A stretch of DNA of 49,869 nt from Jimgerdemannia flammicorona. Its lineage: Eukaryota. A program made the position numbers and the translations under genes. Positions 1 to 12,668 of the stretch are shown here, one piece after another. The stretch lies in contig RBNJ01000030.1 in assembly GCA_003990765.1 (NCBI GenBank), forward strand, positions 1-49,869, written 5' to 3'. The notes under the pieces were generated by a model. The model had not been told where the DNA came from. It worked only from the letters and a program-made list of their open reading frames with translations, and ran no database searches. The first letter of the stretch is position 1; each line of letters opens with the position of its first letter.

Positions 1-20
1 AAAAAAAAAAAAAAAAAAAA
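1..20 (+). repeat. Poly(A) run, probable 3' tail of a retroelement lying mostly left of the window
   Basis: A20 at the window edge abuts and cuts the LINE endonuclease frame that follows. Confidence 0.5.
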
Positions 21-389
21 CCAAACCATTCCTTGCTCCACTCCTCATAATCTTGCTCCCCATAGGCCTGAATGTCCTGTAGAAACACCACATCATAACT
101 CCTGTTCTTCAGCCACCGAAACAAATATCTCTACTTCACTCCATCTCGCAAACCATTGACATTTAGCGATAATATATGTATGTAGACTGTTCATCATCAT
201 GAATATAAATGTTTAAAGCTCAGCCGGAGTTGCCACCACCTTTTCAGCCCTACTGCAGATTATTGCCTTCCATTCCTCACAGATGGCCCTCCAGATGCGG
301 GCTCCATTCGCACCACTGCAGAAGGCATCCACTTGCTCTGATGCCACCTTCCTGATATCAGCCATACGATCCTCATCCACCTCATATCC
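21..389 (-). mobile_element. LINE fragment: end of ORF1 and start of ORF2 (AP-type endonuclease)
   Basis: Reverse strand reads ..LSLNVNGLRDGVK*RYLFRWLKNRSYDVVFLQDIQ.., matching FSLNVNGLQG..IWLRGLEADLFLLQDIR at 17495. Upstream GYEVDED resembles GYEVDKE in ORF1 at ~17200. Confidence 0.85.
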
Positions 390-1575
390 TTTTTTTTTTT
401 TGATTTAACGGATTCATGTCCCGCAGATTTTTATTGGAAGGGAACCTAGACTATATAGGCCAAAACCCTCCCCCACCACCCACCAAGCACTGCCCCCCCA
501 TTAACCTAGGCTAGCTATTGTCCAGCAGCTCGACCATACCAGGTGCAGCAGGGCCGATTAGGCCCACACCTCATTCTGTATACCATGCTCTCCCTACCAC
601 CAGGGGAAACCCAACCATATGCCAATGACTGAAAGCGCATGCCTGAGAACCCAACATATGTACAAGGTCATGCCCAAGCCAAATAGAATAGCCCCTGCCA
701 CCCCAAAGTGAATAACAGGCAAAGAAAAAACCCTCATCAAAGCACAATACAGTGGGTAGGGCCTGGTTCTCCCAGTCGAGGTGAGTAAAGGACTTATACA
801 TGAGGTGGGAGGAAACCCCCAATACCCCACTACTCAAGCCTGTGGGCCTCAATCACATTGCTGTGTCAGCTCCTGGTTCTAGTTGAGTGCAGCCAAGATG
901 CCTGAAATGGGTAGCCTCGGGCCTCCTGACCCCCCCTGACAACTGGGGCCCAACCCTGCTGATTGCCAAAAGAAGCTGATAGTGACACCTACCACCTAAC
1001 TGCACCACACCAAGCAAAAGGCCCCACCGAAGCAGTACCTGCTCCAGCCCTGATGACCACCCCCAGCCTGGCACCCTACTGGTTCACCGTTATTGCCCTT
1101 CCTCCTATCTGTGATGGCCATCTCCCCTCCCATCCTGACAACACCCAAAAAACAGTCACCTATACCAGAACTGTGCTTGCCGGGAAGCTCACGAAAGCCA
1201 GAGAGCCCCACTACAAGTACCGAGGATCTACAGGTAACCTACACTGAGCACTTGATGCCCAAGGTTGGCCAACTCCCTATGTAGCCCAAGACATACCAAG
1301 ACAGCACCTTGTTGGTGATGGCAAAAGGAAGAAGGTGCTGCATCAAAACAGATATACCCCAGATGCAGCCAAAGGCATCAGAATCTGTGAAAAAGTGGAG
1401 GAAGCACTGATCCGACACTGATAAAGGGGCAACTCATCACTATTGCCCTCCTCCCACCATGCCCCTGCAGGCACAGCAAACCAACCCAAGGTAGAGGGGG
1501 TAATAATAGGGGAAAGGGGACTCTGAAGGTCGCCTACCAAACCTTGTGACTGGTAAGGTAGTGGAGAAAGGAGCT
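390..1575 (-). mobile_element. Poly(A)-tailed retroposed sequence of unknown type
   Basis: T12 at 390-401, with AATAAA on the minus strand ~30 nt upstream of the tail. No recognisable RT or EN motif. Right boundary is taken from where Gypsy homology begins. Confidence 0.45.
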
Positions 1576-1849
1576 GTAGTCTTGAGCCATTCTCTGTATA
1601 CTGGCAGAATGGGGCAGACTTTTTGATAGATTGGTTTGCATCTCCAGTATTGATATCATAATAGTACAAGGGTTTCTTGGTCTTGATGTCCTTGAAATCT
1701 GTGGCCAGTATATCTTCAAATATATGCAAGAGGTTCTGCAACTCCTTCCTAGGAGAAAGTTCTTTCCGATTATATAAGTGTGTTTGTCTTGGCTTTCCTC
1801 CTTCTTGTGCTCCAATTCTGTAATCTTGGTTGCTGTGAGGACTCCTCTT

Positions 1850-2260
1850 CCTGTAGAGCCAAATTCAGCTCTTCCTTGCTGAGTTTGTCTGATGTTTGCA
1901 ACTTTCTTGATTCTTGGGTTAAGGACAGGTAGGATGAGCATCTGTACCAGCTGATCCTTCTTTCTTACTTCAAATGGGATTGTTGGATTATGATTCCTGG
2001 TGAGAAGGAGAATTTCTCCTGTATAGTCTGAATCAATGACTCCTCCTTCTATGGATATTTCACTCTTTGCCAAGCTGCTTCTTGTCTTGAGGATTCCGAC
2101 ATGATTTGGTGGGATGGTTACTTTAATTCCTGTTTCCAGTATAGTAGTGGTTTGCAGTTCAAGGGTTATGTGTGTTGTGGTAGACAGGTCCATTCCTACT
2201 GCATTCTCTGATTTGTACTGTGGCATGACTGCATCAGGGTGGATCCTTCATATCTTGACT
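1850..2260 (-). pseudogene. dut: Retrotransposon-encoded trimeric dUTPase domain (copy 1)
   Basis: AVGMDL, KTRSSLA, GGVIDSDYTGEI, QLVQML and RAEFGSTG correspond to dUTPase motifs I-V. Confidence 0.92.
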
Positions 2261-4408
2261 GTGATATCTTCTTTATTATCACTGTCATCCAATAGCTCTG
2301 GTGGTCTATCTTCTGATTTCTCCTGGTACTTTTTTGGTTTGTTGGTGATCTTTTTTACCTTGATGATGCAGGAGTAGCAGTGATCCAAGTACTGGGTGCA
2401 GTACATTCTTTCACCATGGGGGCACCTTCCTAGTGGGGCATATCCATCTGTGATCCTCCTATACCATTCCTTCTCTGTCAACTGCTTTCCTTTTCCCTTC
2501 TTCATGGTAACCATGTAGGCTTCTTCTTCTTGCTCTTCCTCTATCTCAGGGCAGACTTCTTTGTAGACATTGATGGGAATTCTGATCTTCTTTCCCTGGT
2601 AGATGATTTGCATCTTCTGTGTACTGAGATCAATCATTTTCTTGGCTTTGTGAAGCCATTGATTGCTGATGAGGATATCATAGTTGGTTGCATTTGTGAC
2701 AATGACATCTACTGGAATAGTAGCTTCTCCGAACTTGATGGGTACATCCCAGATCATTCCCAAAGGTATTGCTTGTGTTCCATCAGCTGTGACAAACACC
2801 AATTTGGTGGCTTCTTCTATCTCCCAGCCTAGGCGGTCTACTGCTTTCTTGGTGATGAGACATCCTCCTGCTCCTGTATCAATGATAGCTTCAAAGACTC
2901 AGTCCTTGATCTGGTAGGTAGCATAGGCCGATGTCTTCTGATTATCTTCACTTTCTTTATCAGAATCTTGTGCATTGTTGGCTTCGATGATTCTGTAGCC
3001 TTGATCCTTTCCAATATCAGATATCTCTATTCTCATTTGCTGTCTGAATGTTGGGATTTCAGCTAGCTGGCCAAAGGTTGTATTTACTTTTTGGTCCTTG
3101 AGATTCTTAAAGATATCGTACTTGAAGGTCTTGCTCTTGTGCAATTTCTATTCCTTCTTTCCTTCACTTGATGGGGTGGTATTTCGAATGATATCTTCTA
3201 CTGCTTGCTCCAGTTCAGCATCTTGTTCTAGTTCCATATCTTGATCAGCTTCGGTCTGCTGGATTTCCTTTTCAATGACTGTTTCTGGTTGTTTTATCAG
3301 TGTCTGAGCCTTCTTAGGAGGTCTGCCTGGAGGTCTTTGGTAGGGACTGGTTCGGACATCCTTCTTGCTTATAGTAACAGGATAAGCTTCCCATTCCTCC
3401 CTTTCCTCTTCAGATTCTCCAATCTCTTTGAAGGTGATAGTATTTGCCTGTTCATGGTTTCTGGTTGCATTACTTTAATTGGCCTTGTGCTTGGTTTCTG
3501 TATGCAATCAGAGGCATAATGGCCTTCTTCTCCACACCTGTAGCAGGTTACTGATCATCCATCATAAGTAGCTGCAAATTTCTGTACTGGCTTCTTCTTG
3601 AACTCCTTGACCACATCACTGAGGTGTGCAGTCATTTCTGAAAACTGCTTGGCCAGTTCCTCTATTGGGTTGGCTCTTCTCTGCTCTTATGGTTGGGGTT
3701 GTGGTTGTATATTCCTGTTGACTATAGTAGTTGGAACTGTATTGGTAATCCTTGATGCTTGTTCAATTTTTACTCCTGTTATTCTTTCCATTGTGTGGCC
3801 TTGAGGGTGTCTAGCAGTCCAGTATCTTTGAGCATAGGTAACCTTTTATACTAGGTCCAGTACCATTGGGGTGGATTGGATAGCTAAGACAATTTCTTGA
3901 TGAATGCCATTCATGAAGGTATTCTCAGCCACTTGGTCTTGAACTGCATCCAGGTAGTCAGTGAGGACTATTTGGTATCAGATTTTGTGTAAAATGTGTT
4001 TGGGTCTTTGGGCATTCCTTGGCAGATAGTATTCAATTGATCCTTGAGTACTTGTTTGATTTCATCTGTATAGTAGGTTGCTCGGAGCCAGGTCTTGAAA
4101 GCCAGAATTCTTGCTGGATCATTGGCTCCTTATATATTAGCTGTGGTGAATGCAGTTCTTGCCAGGCCTCTGAGGCTTACAGAGAGTAAGGCTACTTATT
4201 GTGCTGCACTTAAGGTCTTTACAGCAGCATACTGCTCGAAATCATCAATGAAGTTGATGATTGATTCATTGGAGGTATATCTATAGAATACAGGTGGTCT
4301 CATATCCATTTTGTCTGATTGTGTTGTGTGGGTTCTTGTTGTGGTCATTCATTGTTCAGCTTGAAAGTAAGGGATTTATCTTGAATCACCAGCCAATGGG
4401 CACCAAGT

Positions 4409-4867
4409 TGTAACATAGCAGATGCTAAGATGGGCAAGTATGTTGGATTTCTTTTTCTTGAATTCTTGTCTTCTTGACTTCCAGAGTCAGTAGTTCCTTG
4501 AGGCCAAATGTATTTAAAGAGGTAATTCTGAAAGTCCCTTTATCGGTATACTTGTTCTTTTTTTCTAACACTTTCGATCTGAGGTTTTATTCACTCGAAG
4601 ATACTGGGTTATTTATACAAGTTTGCTAGCTATGAGATGGTTACTGAGTTACATGGCTAGATTATGAGTCATTTAACACTTTGTGAAATATTTCACTGAT
4701 TGCAAAATGCTATACTATATCGAGAAGCTCGATCTCACACTTTGTGAAATATTTATCAAATGGTGAAATCGGGGACTGCTAACTATGTGGCTATACTACT
4801 TAGGGACTGGGTACGATCAAGTATCTGTTTCCTATTTCCTTCTTCCAAATCTGGCTATACTGTCACA
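4409..4867 (-). repeat. Short (~459 bp) LTR of family A copy 1
   Basis: TGTGACA...TGTTACA termini on the minus strand, TATAAATA (4610-4617) and AATAAA (4586-4591). Directly followed by the PBS. Confidence 0.8.
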
Positions 4868-4871
4868 CTAT

Positions 4872-5255
4872 ATATTATATTGGTATAGTGTAATATATGG
4901 TATGAAATAGAAACAGGAAAAAGATATTTGATTGTGGTATCTGAATTTTTACAAATAGCAGTTATTTCACAAATGTAGAAAATTTACAAATGTAGAGATT
5001 TTATAGATGTAGAGGATCTATACTTGTAAAAAGTGACTTATAGGAAATGTGGTTATAACTCAGCTACCTTATAGCTAGCAAACTTGTATAAATATCCCAG
5101 TATCTAGAGTAAATAAACCTCAGGTCAAAAGAGTTTGAGTCTCACTCTGATAGTCTGATAATAAGATCAGAGAGATAGTACTTGTGACTCTGAGGAGTTA
5201 AGAAGAGTTATAGAAATCTACTACATTCTCTAGTTATATACCCACTACAATATAA
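4872..5255 (+). repeat. Degenerate LTR related to 4409-4867, head-to-head with it
   Basis: GCTAGCAAACTTGTATAAATA.CCCAGTATCT..GAGT.AATAAA.CCTCAG (~5074-5123) is the reverse complement of ~4580-4630. Ends are approximate. Confidence 0.7.
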
Positions 5256-5302
5256 TAGATTAGATTTAATAATAAATAATAAAGTCTGAGTAACTATAAA
5301 AT

Positions 5303-5341
<39 letters not shown>
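5303..5341. repeat. (AAT)n microsatellite
   Basis: About 12 AAT units seen directly. Confidence 0.9.
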
Positions 5342-8290
5342 TTCTAAAGTCTAACTGACTTTTAAGCTAACAAGAACTCAATATCTAAACTGGATATATT
5401 TAACGTAATACCAATCTCTATCACTAAAAAAGAATGAGTCCTCACTAGTATTTGGATAAAAAGAGAAGTAATTATCTCAAGACTTATCAATTATCTAGTA
5501 TCAAAAGGATCTCAACCAGAAGTCAGTATAATAGAACTCTCAACCAGTATCAACAGATCTATCACTAAGAGATCTTATACAATTAGATTAATTAGATAAT
5601 ATAGAAATCCTGCCAGAACTTTAATGAACAAGTATAAGAATTAAAATATCTTATTATAAAAATTTCATTTTCCTTGAAAGCTCCACTAGTCTCTCCCATC
5701 AAACTACTATAAAAACTAGTAACTACAGTATTAGAAGGACTAGAAATAGTCTATTTGAGAATACTGAGATATATAGTATCTCACTTAAGATCAAAAATCC
5801 CATCTTTAGGATACCAAAGTATCTCAAGCTCTAGTAATAACTCAAAAAGTACATAAATCAGAACCAGAATCAGAACTAAAAGACAGTGATGATAAAATGA
5901 CCACCCCAATACTAACTTTTGCAGAATATCTAAAAGAAGACCTAAGGGAATTTCTCAATGAAATCAAAGAAATAGAAGCTCTAAAGAATCTCTTTGCCCA
6001 GATAAAAATTACTATCTTTTAAGCTAATTTAGAAAACCAGTCAAGGGAATTTTCAATTAAGTAGTAAATAATTTAAATATAGATCTTAGAATAGCCATTC
6101 AGACAGAAGTATCTTGGAGAGAAGAATATGAAGCCATGATCTACTAGCTTATTGAAAAATATATAGAAAATGAAATATACTATAAGATAAAAATCTATTA
6201 TAAGGATAAAGACTAATTATAAAAAATTACCAAGAGCATTTTTTATCAAAATTCAGAAAAGAATATATATAGCTGAGTTTAATACCACTAGCCAGAACAT
6301 CATAGATCTAATGATCTTCATAAATGAGATTCTACAAAACATTACTTATTGTATCTGCACTCTAAATATCAGAAGACCTGAAGAACAAGTTGATATAGCT
6401 TTAGAATTTTTTGATATCAGATAAGAAACCATTAGTAATAATCACAATAAGAAGAATGATAAAGAAGACCTCTTGATTAAAACTCTACAAAGACTTTTTC
6501 AAGAATATAAAAAATTAAAAAAAGGAAAGTCAGTTAAGGAGTAGAAATCAACCTCAACTCCAAGTTAGACTAATTGATTAGATAAATAAAAAAAAACTCA
6601 CTATATGTAATATTAGAGCTATCTATAAGACAATAGAGATTATATACTATAAAAAAACCAACACTACTCACCTAAAGATAACAGAAGCCACTAGTTATAA
6701 GAAGAAAGAAAAAATTGATCCCAAGATAGAGCTCAAGTTCAATGTTTCCATTACAGATAGTTTGGATACTATTCTATAGTTTGTGATAGCAGAAGAAGTG
6801 ACCAAAGAGACTCAGAGGTACCAAATTAAAAGAATATAACTTAGTATAAGAAGAATGAAGCTTACTCTGTTAAAGACTTTGAGAAGAGTAATAGTGAGGA
6901 CTACTATGACCTAGACCTATATCTAGTCAAGATTATCTCAAAGAAGATAGTCTCTCTGCTGAGAAAAGAATGAAATCAGTAGGAAGACCATTAAGAAACA
7001 CTGGCAGAAGGACTATCCAGGAAGAAGATAAAGAAGAATAGATGAGTAAATTGAGATATTCCCTAGATCTTTCTCATCTTTTGTCTCTGAAATAAATAAA
7101 CTACTACTAGAGAATAAAGAAATAGAGCTAGAAGAACAGGAGCCCATTGTCTCAGAGTCTAAGAAAAGGTATATTTCAAGAACTATACCTAGAGATATCT
7201 ATAATAAAGCCTGATAAAGGATTCAAGAAGTCAAGATAGAAGTCTCTCTTCCTTTAGTTCTTATAACTAATAACTGCTGGAGTTTAAAATAAACTATTGA
7301 GAACCACCAGATCCAGTACTAGCTAAGTCCCAATTTAATAATAAGAACTAATACCAACTACTATCTAGGCTGCAGAATGATATATAAGTATATATATATC
7401 TATATAGAGATATTGAAGGACAGCAAAAATCCTCATTCATACAGGAATAGCTATATATATATATTGTTGCTAAATAATTCCTAGATACCCTCCAATGGTC
7501 TATTGATAGACCATCTAACCTCAGTATCATAGTAGCAGATGAAGCCTAAACTCAACTTCTTGGAGGAATATCTCTATCTCTCTTAGACACATTCAGTTCT
7601 CTATTCCAAAAGCTATTATCACTCAAGCTGTCTCTTATAACATAATCCTTGGCACTAACTGGATGAAGGAAATGAATTCAGTTATTAATATTGACCAATA
7701 GATACTCAAATTCGACTATAGAGAAAAGAAATACTGAATCAAGGTAACCAGCTATAAGTAATTGAAGAAGAAGAAGGTTATTATCCAGGAAGTATATACC
7801 AGTAGTGAAGAATCTACTACAGAGGAAGAAGAAGAATTTAAAGATAAATAATCCCGGACTCACTCTATAAATCATCCTAGTAAATATATAACAGACTAGC
7901 AGACAATATATATATTGATATCAGATGACATTTCCATTATAATTAGAGCTATTAAAAGATAAGCCAAAAATGATCTATCTATCTCAAAAGATATAAATAT
8001 TCTGAATATTCCTTTAAAATTATTGAAATAAAGAATTTGTCTAGTACAGTCTGCTCTAAATGTAGAAAAAAGAAGAAGAAATACAACTACTATCTGAAGT
8101 CACCTACAACAGAAGCTGCTAAAGTATAAGCAATCTGAGATTAAGAAATATCTAATAAAGAAACCCCTGAAAATAATGTTTCCAAACAGGAGAAATTCCC
8201 TTATCTTATTTTTTGGAATGACTCATATTGGATACCACCAGAACCTAATGATCTCTAGTATACTGAAGAAGGACCAAGCTAAGAAACAAA
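5342..8290 (+). mobile_element. Gypsy-like family B, heavily mutated gag-protease copy
   Basis: Collinear with the reverse complement of 8606-11470, for example TFAEYLKEDLREFLNEI and IVADEA*TQL. Very AT-rich with many stops. Confidence 0.8.
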
Positions 8291-8299
8291 TTAAAAGTA

Positions 8300-8605
8300 G
8301 TGAAGAGGGGGGTTGATGAGTAAGGTAGATGAGAAGACTTGAGAGATAGATTGATGTAGGGGATTGGGAATGAGTGGCTCATAGTTGAGTGGGTATTGGC
8401 TATATAAGTAGGGTTGGCTGGACACTGGCTGTTTGTTTTTGAGGAAGAAAGGAAGTTGAGTTTAGGAGAGTAACTGGTAAGTTGAGAAGGATTGATGGCA
8501 GATGTCTTGATAGGTTGGTGGCTGGGATGGGGTCTACAGGGAGGTTATAAGTACTGCTTAGTCGAGAAGATCTATAGGTAGAGTGGGGGGATAGTTATAG
8601 TGGTA
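8300..8605 (+). mobile_element. LINE ORF2 C-terminal fragment
   Basis: GGGTATTGGCTAT..GGGTTGGCTGGACACTGGCTGTTTGTTTTTGAGGA matches ~20870-20930 of the full LINE. Confidence 0.75.
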
Positions 8606-11600
8606 ATTGTACTGGGTACTTCTTGTTCAGGAACTTCTTGGTCAGAAGTTTCTTCTTCCTCAGATGATTCTTGACTCCAAATTACTTGTACTTCTGCAGC
8701 TTCAGTTGCAGGTGTTTCTGGAACATGTCTGCATTTCTTCTTCTTATTTCTGCACTCTGGGCAGGCTGTACCAGGCAATTTCCTTGTTCCCATAATCTTG
8801 GAGGAATGCTCAGGACACTTGTGTCTCTTGAGGCAGGTAGGGCATCCTTTGATTTCTCCTGCAATAGCTCCAATGGTAATGGGGATAGTGTTTTTGACCC
8901 ACACATTGTCTTCTAGTCTGTAATCCACCAGATTAATTTGGGGATTGAGTCTGGGATCATTTCTATCTTCAGATTCTTCCTCTTCTTCTGTGGTAGATTC
9001 TTCACTGCTAGTATATTCCTCCTGAATAGTGACCTTCTTCTTCTTCTTTGATTGCTCATAGCTGGTCACCTTAACTCTGTACTTCTTGCCTCAGTAGTCA
9101 AACTTGAGTACTTGTTGACCAATATCAACAACTGCATTCATTTCCTTCATCCAGTTGCCAAGAATCATGTCATAGGTGACAGCTTCTGTGACAACAGCTT
9201 TGGGGATGAAGAACTGGATGTGTCTAAGGGAGATAGTGATATTTTGTACTTCTCCAATGGGTTGAGTTTGGGCTCCATCTGCTACTATGATGCTGAGGTT
9301 GGATGGTCCATAATGGACCATTGGAGGGTGTCCAGGAATTGTTTGGCAATGATGCAGATAGCTGCTTCTGTGTCTATGAGGATTTTCGCTTTTTGTCCTT
9401 CAATATCACCATGTAAATAGGTACTGACATGTCTTTCCATGGCCTGAATAGAAATAGAAGCTGGTTCTTGCTGTGGGATGGGAACTCAGCCAGTATGAGA
9501 CCTGGTGGTTCTCAATAATTTGTTTTAGACTCCAGCTGGTGTCAGTTGCAGGAACTGCAGGAGAGGGACTTCCATCTTGACCTCTTGAATCTTCTGCCAG
9601 GCTTCATTGTAGATATCTCTGGTATGGTCTTTGGGGTGTACTTCTTCTTGGACTTTGAAGCAGCAGGTTCCTGTTCTTCTTGTTTCATTTCTTCATCTTC
9701 TGGTGGTAACTTATTTGTCTCAGGAATAAAAGGTGAGGGAGTTTGGGGAGGTATTTCTACCTGCTCCTCTTTATGTTCTTCATCTTCTTCTTGGATAATT
9801 CTTCTGCTGATGTTCCTGGATGGCCTTCCTACAGGTCTCTTCCTTTTCTCTGCTGGGTAGACTGTTTTTTGGATGGTATCCTTGGTAGGATATAAGTCTG
9901 GGTCACTGTAGTCTTCACTGTTGCTTGCTTCCTCGAAATCTTCAACAGAATAGACTTCAGTCTTCTTATACTGGATATCATTCCTTCAGTTTGGTGGTTC
10001 TGAGTCCCTTTGGTCACTTCTTTTGTTGTCACACTCAGTGGCATAGTGTTCCAATTTTCCACAGTAGAAGTATTGGACTTGGGCTCTGTCTTGGACATAG
10101 TATCTTCTTTCTTCTTGCTGGTAATTTCTGTTATCTCTTGGTAGATAACCTTGGATCCTCTGTGGTGGATATCCTCTGTTATCTTGGTAGCTCCAATTTT
10201 TGCATGTAGTGAGTTTTTCAATCTGTCCAACCAATTGGTCCAACTTGGAGCTGAAGTCTTAGTTTTCACTTCTGTCCTTCTTTTCTTCTTTGGCTGGCTT
10301 TCTTTCTTCAGATCTTTCTTGTCCTTGAAGGAGTCCTTGCAGGGCTTTGACCAGGATATCTACTTTACCTTCTTTCTTATTATGATCACTCCAGGTAGTT
10401 CCTTGTCTGACATTGAAGAACTCTTGGGCTGCATCTACTTGCTCTTCGGACCTTCTGATGCCTAGAGTGCAGACATGCTGAGCAATGTTCAGGGGAATTC
10501 CATTCATGAAGGTCATTGGTCCTATAATGTCCTGGTTGGTGGCATTGAACCTGGCAGCATGTGTTCTCTTCTGAATTCTTGTGAAGAAGGCTCTGGGCAA
10601 TTCTCCAAGATTCATCTTCATCCCCATGATAGATTCTTGGGCCTTGTGGCAGGTTTTGTTTCCTGCATACTTTTCAATGAGCTAGTGGACCATGGCCACA
10701 TATTCTAGCTCATAAGACACTGCTGCTTATATCTGTCTTGCCAGTTCTGAATCTGGGTTGTCTGCTGTTTGATGGAAAATTCCTCTGGCTGGTTCTCTGA
10801 GCTGAGCCTTGTAGATGATGATTTTTCTTTTATCTGGGAGATTTCTCAGAGCTGTGATTCCTTCAATTCTATCAAGGAATTCTCTGGGGTCTTCCTCTGG
10901 GTATCCTGCAAAGGTTGGGAATGAGGTGGCCATTTGTTGTCACTTTTTTCTAATCCTAGTTCTGGTCCAGATTCTGATTCTGGTTTACTTTCTGAGCTGT
11001 CACTGGAGATGGGGGTGCTTGGGTATTCTGAGGATGGTGTTCTGGACCTTAGATGAAGTAGAATGAGCCTAGGTATTCTTATAGAAGCTACTTCCAACTC
11101 TGCAAAGAGTTGTGGTAAAGGTTCTATTGGTGAGATTGATGGGACTGATATGGGGTGTCTGGCTGTAAGATCTCAGACTTGTGTAATAAGATCTTCTAGT
11201 TCCTGTGCAAGTTCTTCAAAATCTCCAGCAGGGCCACCTGTATTATCTGGTTGGTCTTATTGGGGATTTTGGACTATACTGCCTTCTGGTTCTGGTTGGG
11301 ATCCTTCTGATACTAGGTAGTCGGTAAGTCTTGAGGTGATTACTTCTCTTTCTGTTCAGATGCTGGTGATAACTGGTTCTCCTGTAGTGGCAGAGATTGG
11401 TGTTGTGTCAAATGTATCCAGTTTGACTATGGGTTCTTGTAAGCTGAAAAGTCACATCAATTTTGAAATCTTCTCAGTTGAGCCCCCAAATGTAACATCC
11501 CTGGCTCAATAGAGGCAAATTACAAGGTTGGAGGTTGATGTAGTTTGGCTTGAGCCCCTAGTTACTTTGTCAAAAAGTAACAAAATGTTCTAAGATTCCT

Positions 11601-11617
11601 GAGGTCCTTGGTATTTA
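8606..11617 (-). mobile_element. Gypsy-like family B: partial LTR, PBS, gag, zinc knuckle, aspartic protease, Cys/His domain; no RT present
   Basis: PTFAGYPEEDPREFLDRIE gag motif, degenerate knuckle (C>Y)FYCGKLEHYATEC, ILIDT(G>E)AAICII and YDMILGN protease motifs. LTR end TGTTACA at 11491. Confidence 0.85.
11472..11488 (-). promoter_or_regulatory. Primer-binding site, tRNA-Pro-like
   Basis: TGGGGGCTCA 2 nt after the LTR end. The canonical tRNA-Pro PBS begins TGGGGGCTCG, so this fits with CpG decay. Confidence 0.65.
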
Positions 11618-12668
11618 TCTCTGAGATTCATTTTCATTCTCATAATAGATTCTTGGACCTTGTGGCAGGTTCCATTTCCTGTATACTTTTCAATAAGCCA
11701 GTGGGTCATGGCTTCATATTCTGCTTCACAAGTTGCTACTACATAGATGGCTGTTCTAAGGTCTAAATGTGCATTATTTCTTACTTAGTTAAAGATTCTC
11801 TTGACTGGTTCTCAGAGTTAGGTCTTATAAATAGCAATTTTTCTTTCAACAGAGAGGTTCTTCAGAGCAGCAATTTCATTAATTCGATTAAGGAATTCTC
11901 TTGGGTTGTCTTTTGGGTATTCTGTAAAGATTGGCATTAGAGTGGCCATATCATTATTACTGTATTCTAATTCTAATTCTGGTTCTGATTCTGGTTCCAA
12001 TTTTTCTTCTAAATTATCATCAGAACTTAGGATGCTTGAGTATCCTGAAGATAATATTGCTAATCTCAGATATGATATAGTGGGTCTGAGTAATCTTGAA
12101 GGGGCTATTCAGATCCTTCTGGTTCTGTAGTTACTAGTTCTGATAGTGGTTCAATAGAGGAGATCAGTGGAACTTCTAAAGGGTCCAGATTATAAGATAT
12201 TTAAGTTCTTGTAAAAGCTTGTTAAAGTTTTTAGTAGAGCTATCTATATTATCTAGTAAATCTGATTGATCTGATTGATCTGATTGATCTAATAGTAACT
12301 CTGCTAGTACTGACTGAGGATTCTGTACTATACTGATCTCAGGTTGGAATTCTTCTGATACTGGATAGTTGGTAAGTTTTGAGATAATTTCTTCTCTTTC
12401 TGTCCAAATACTGGTGATGACTGGTTCTCTTGTAGTGGTAGAGATTAGTATTATATCAAATATGTCCAGTTTGACTATAGGTTCTTGTGAGCTAAAAAGT
12501 CATATAGATTTTAAAAAATCTTCTCAGTTGAAACCCCAAATATAATATGCCAGCTCAATGGAGATAATTTACAAAGTTGGAGATTGGGGAAGTTTGGCTT
12601 GAGCCCCTAGTTACTTTGTTAAAAAGTAATAAAATATTCTATAATTCCTGGTATCCTTGTTGGTGTTT
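11618..12668 (-). mobile_element. Second family B fragment (LTR end, PBS, 5' gag)
   Basis: MATLMPIFTEYPKDNPREFLNRINEIAALKNL is homologous to 10727-10933. LTR/PBS sequence at ~12520-12650 repeats ~11470-11600. Confidence 0.82.

Larger units (their letters stand above)
1576..4867 (-). mobile_element. Ty3/Gypsy family A copy 1 (LTR-PBS-gag-PR-dUTPase, truncated at start of RT)
   Basis: Intact zinc knuckle CYRCGEEGHYASDC (3504-3545), IIDTGAGGC protease motif (~2860-2886), dUTPase motifs. PBS TGGTGCCCATTGGC lies next to the LTR end at 4409. Confidence 0.92.

Noticed and set aside
1534-2226. Standalone host dUTPase gene
   Set aside because: It is collinear with PR upstream and RT downstream in three TE copies, so it is a polyprotein domain.
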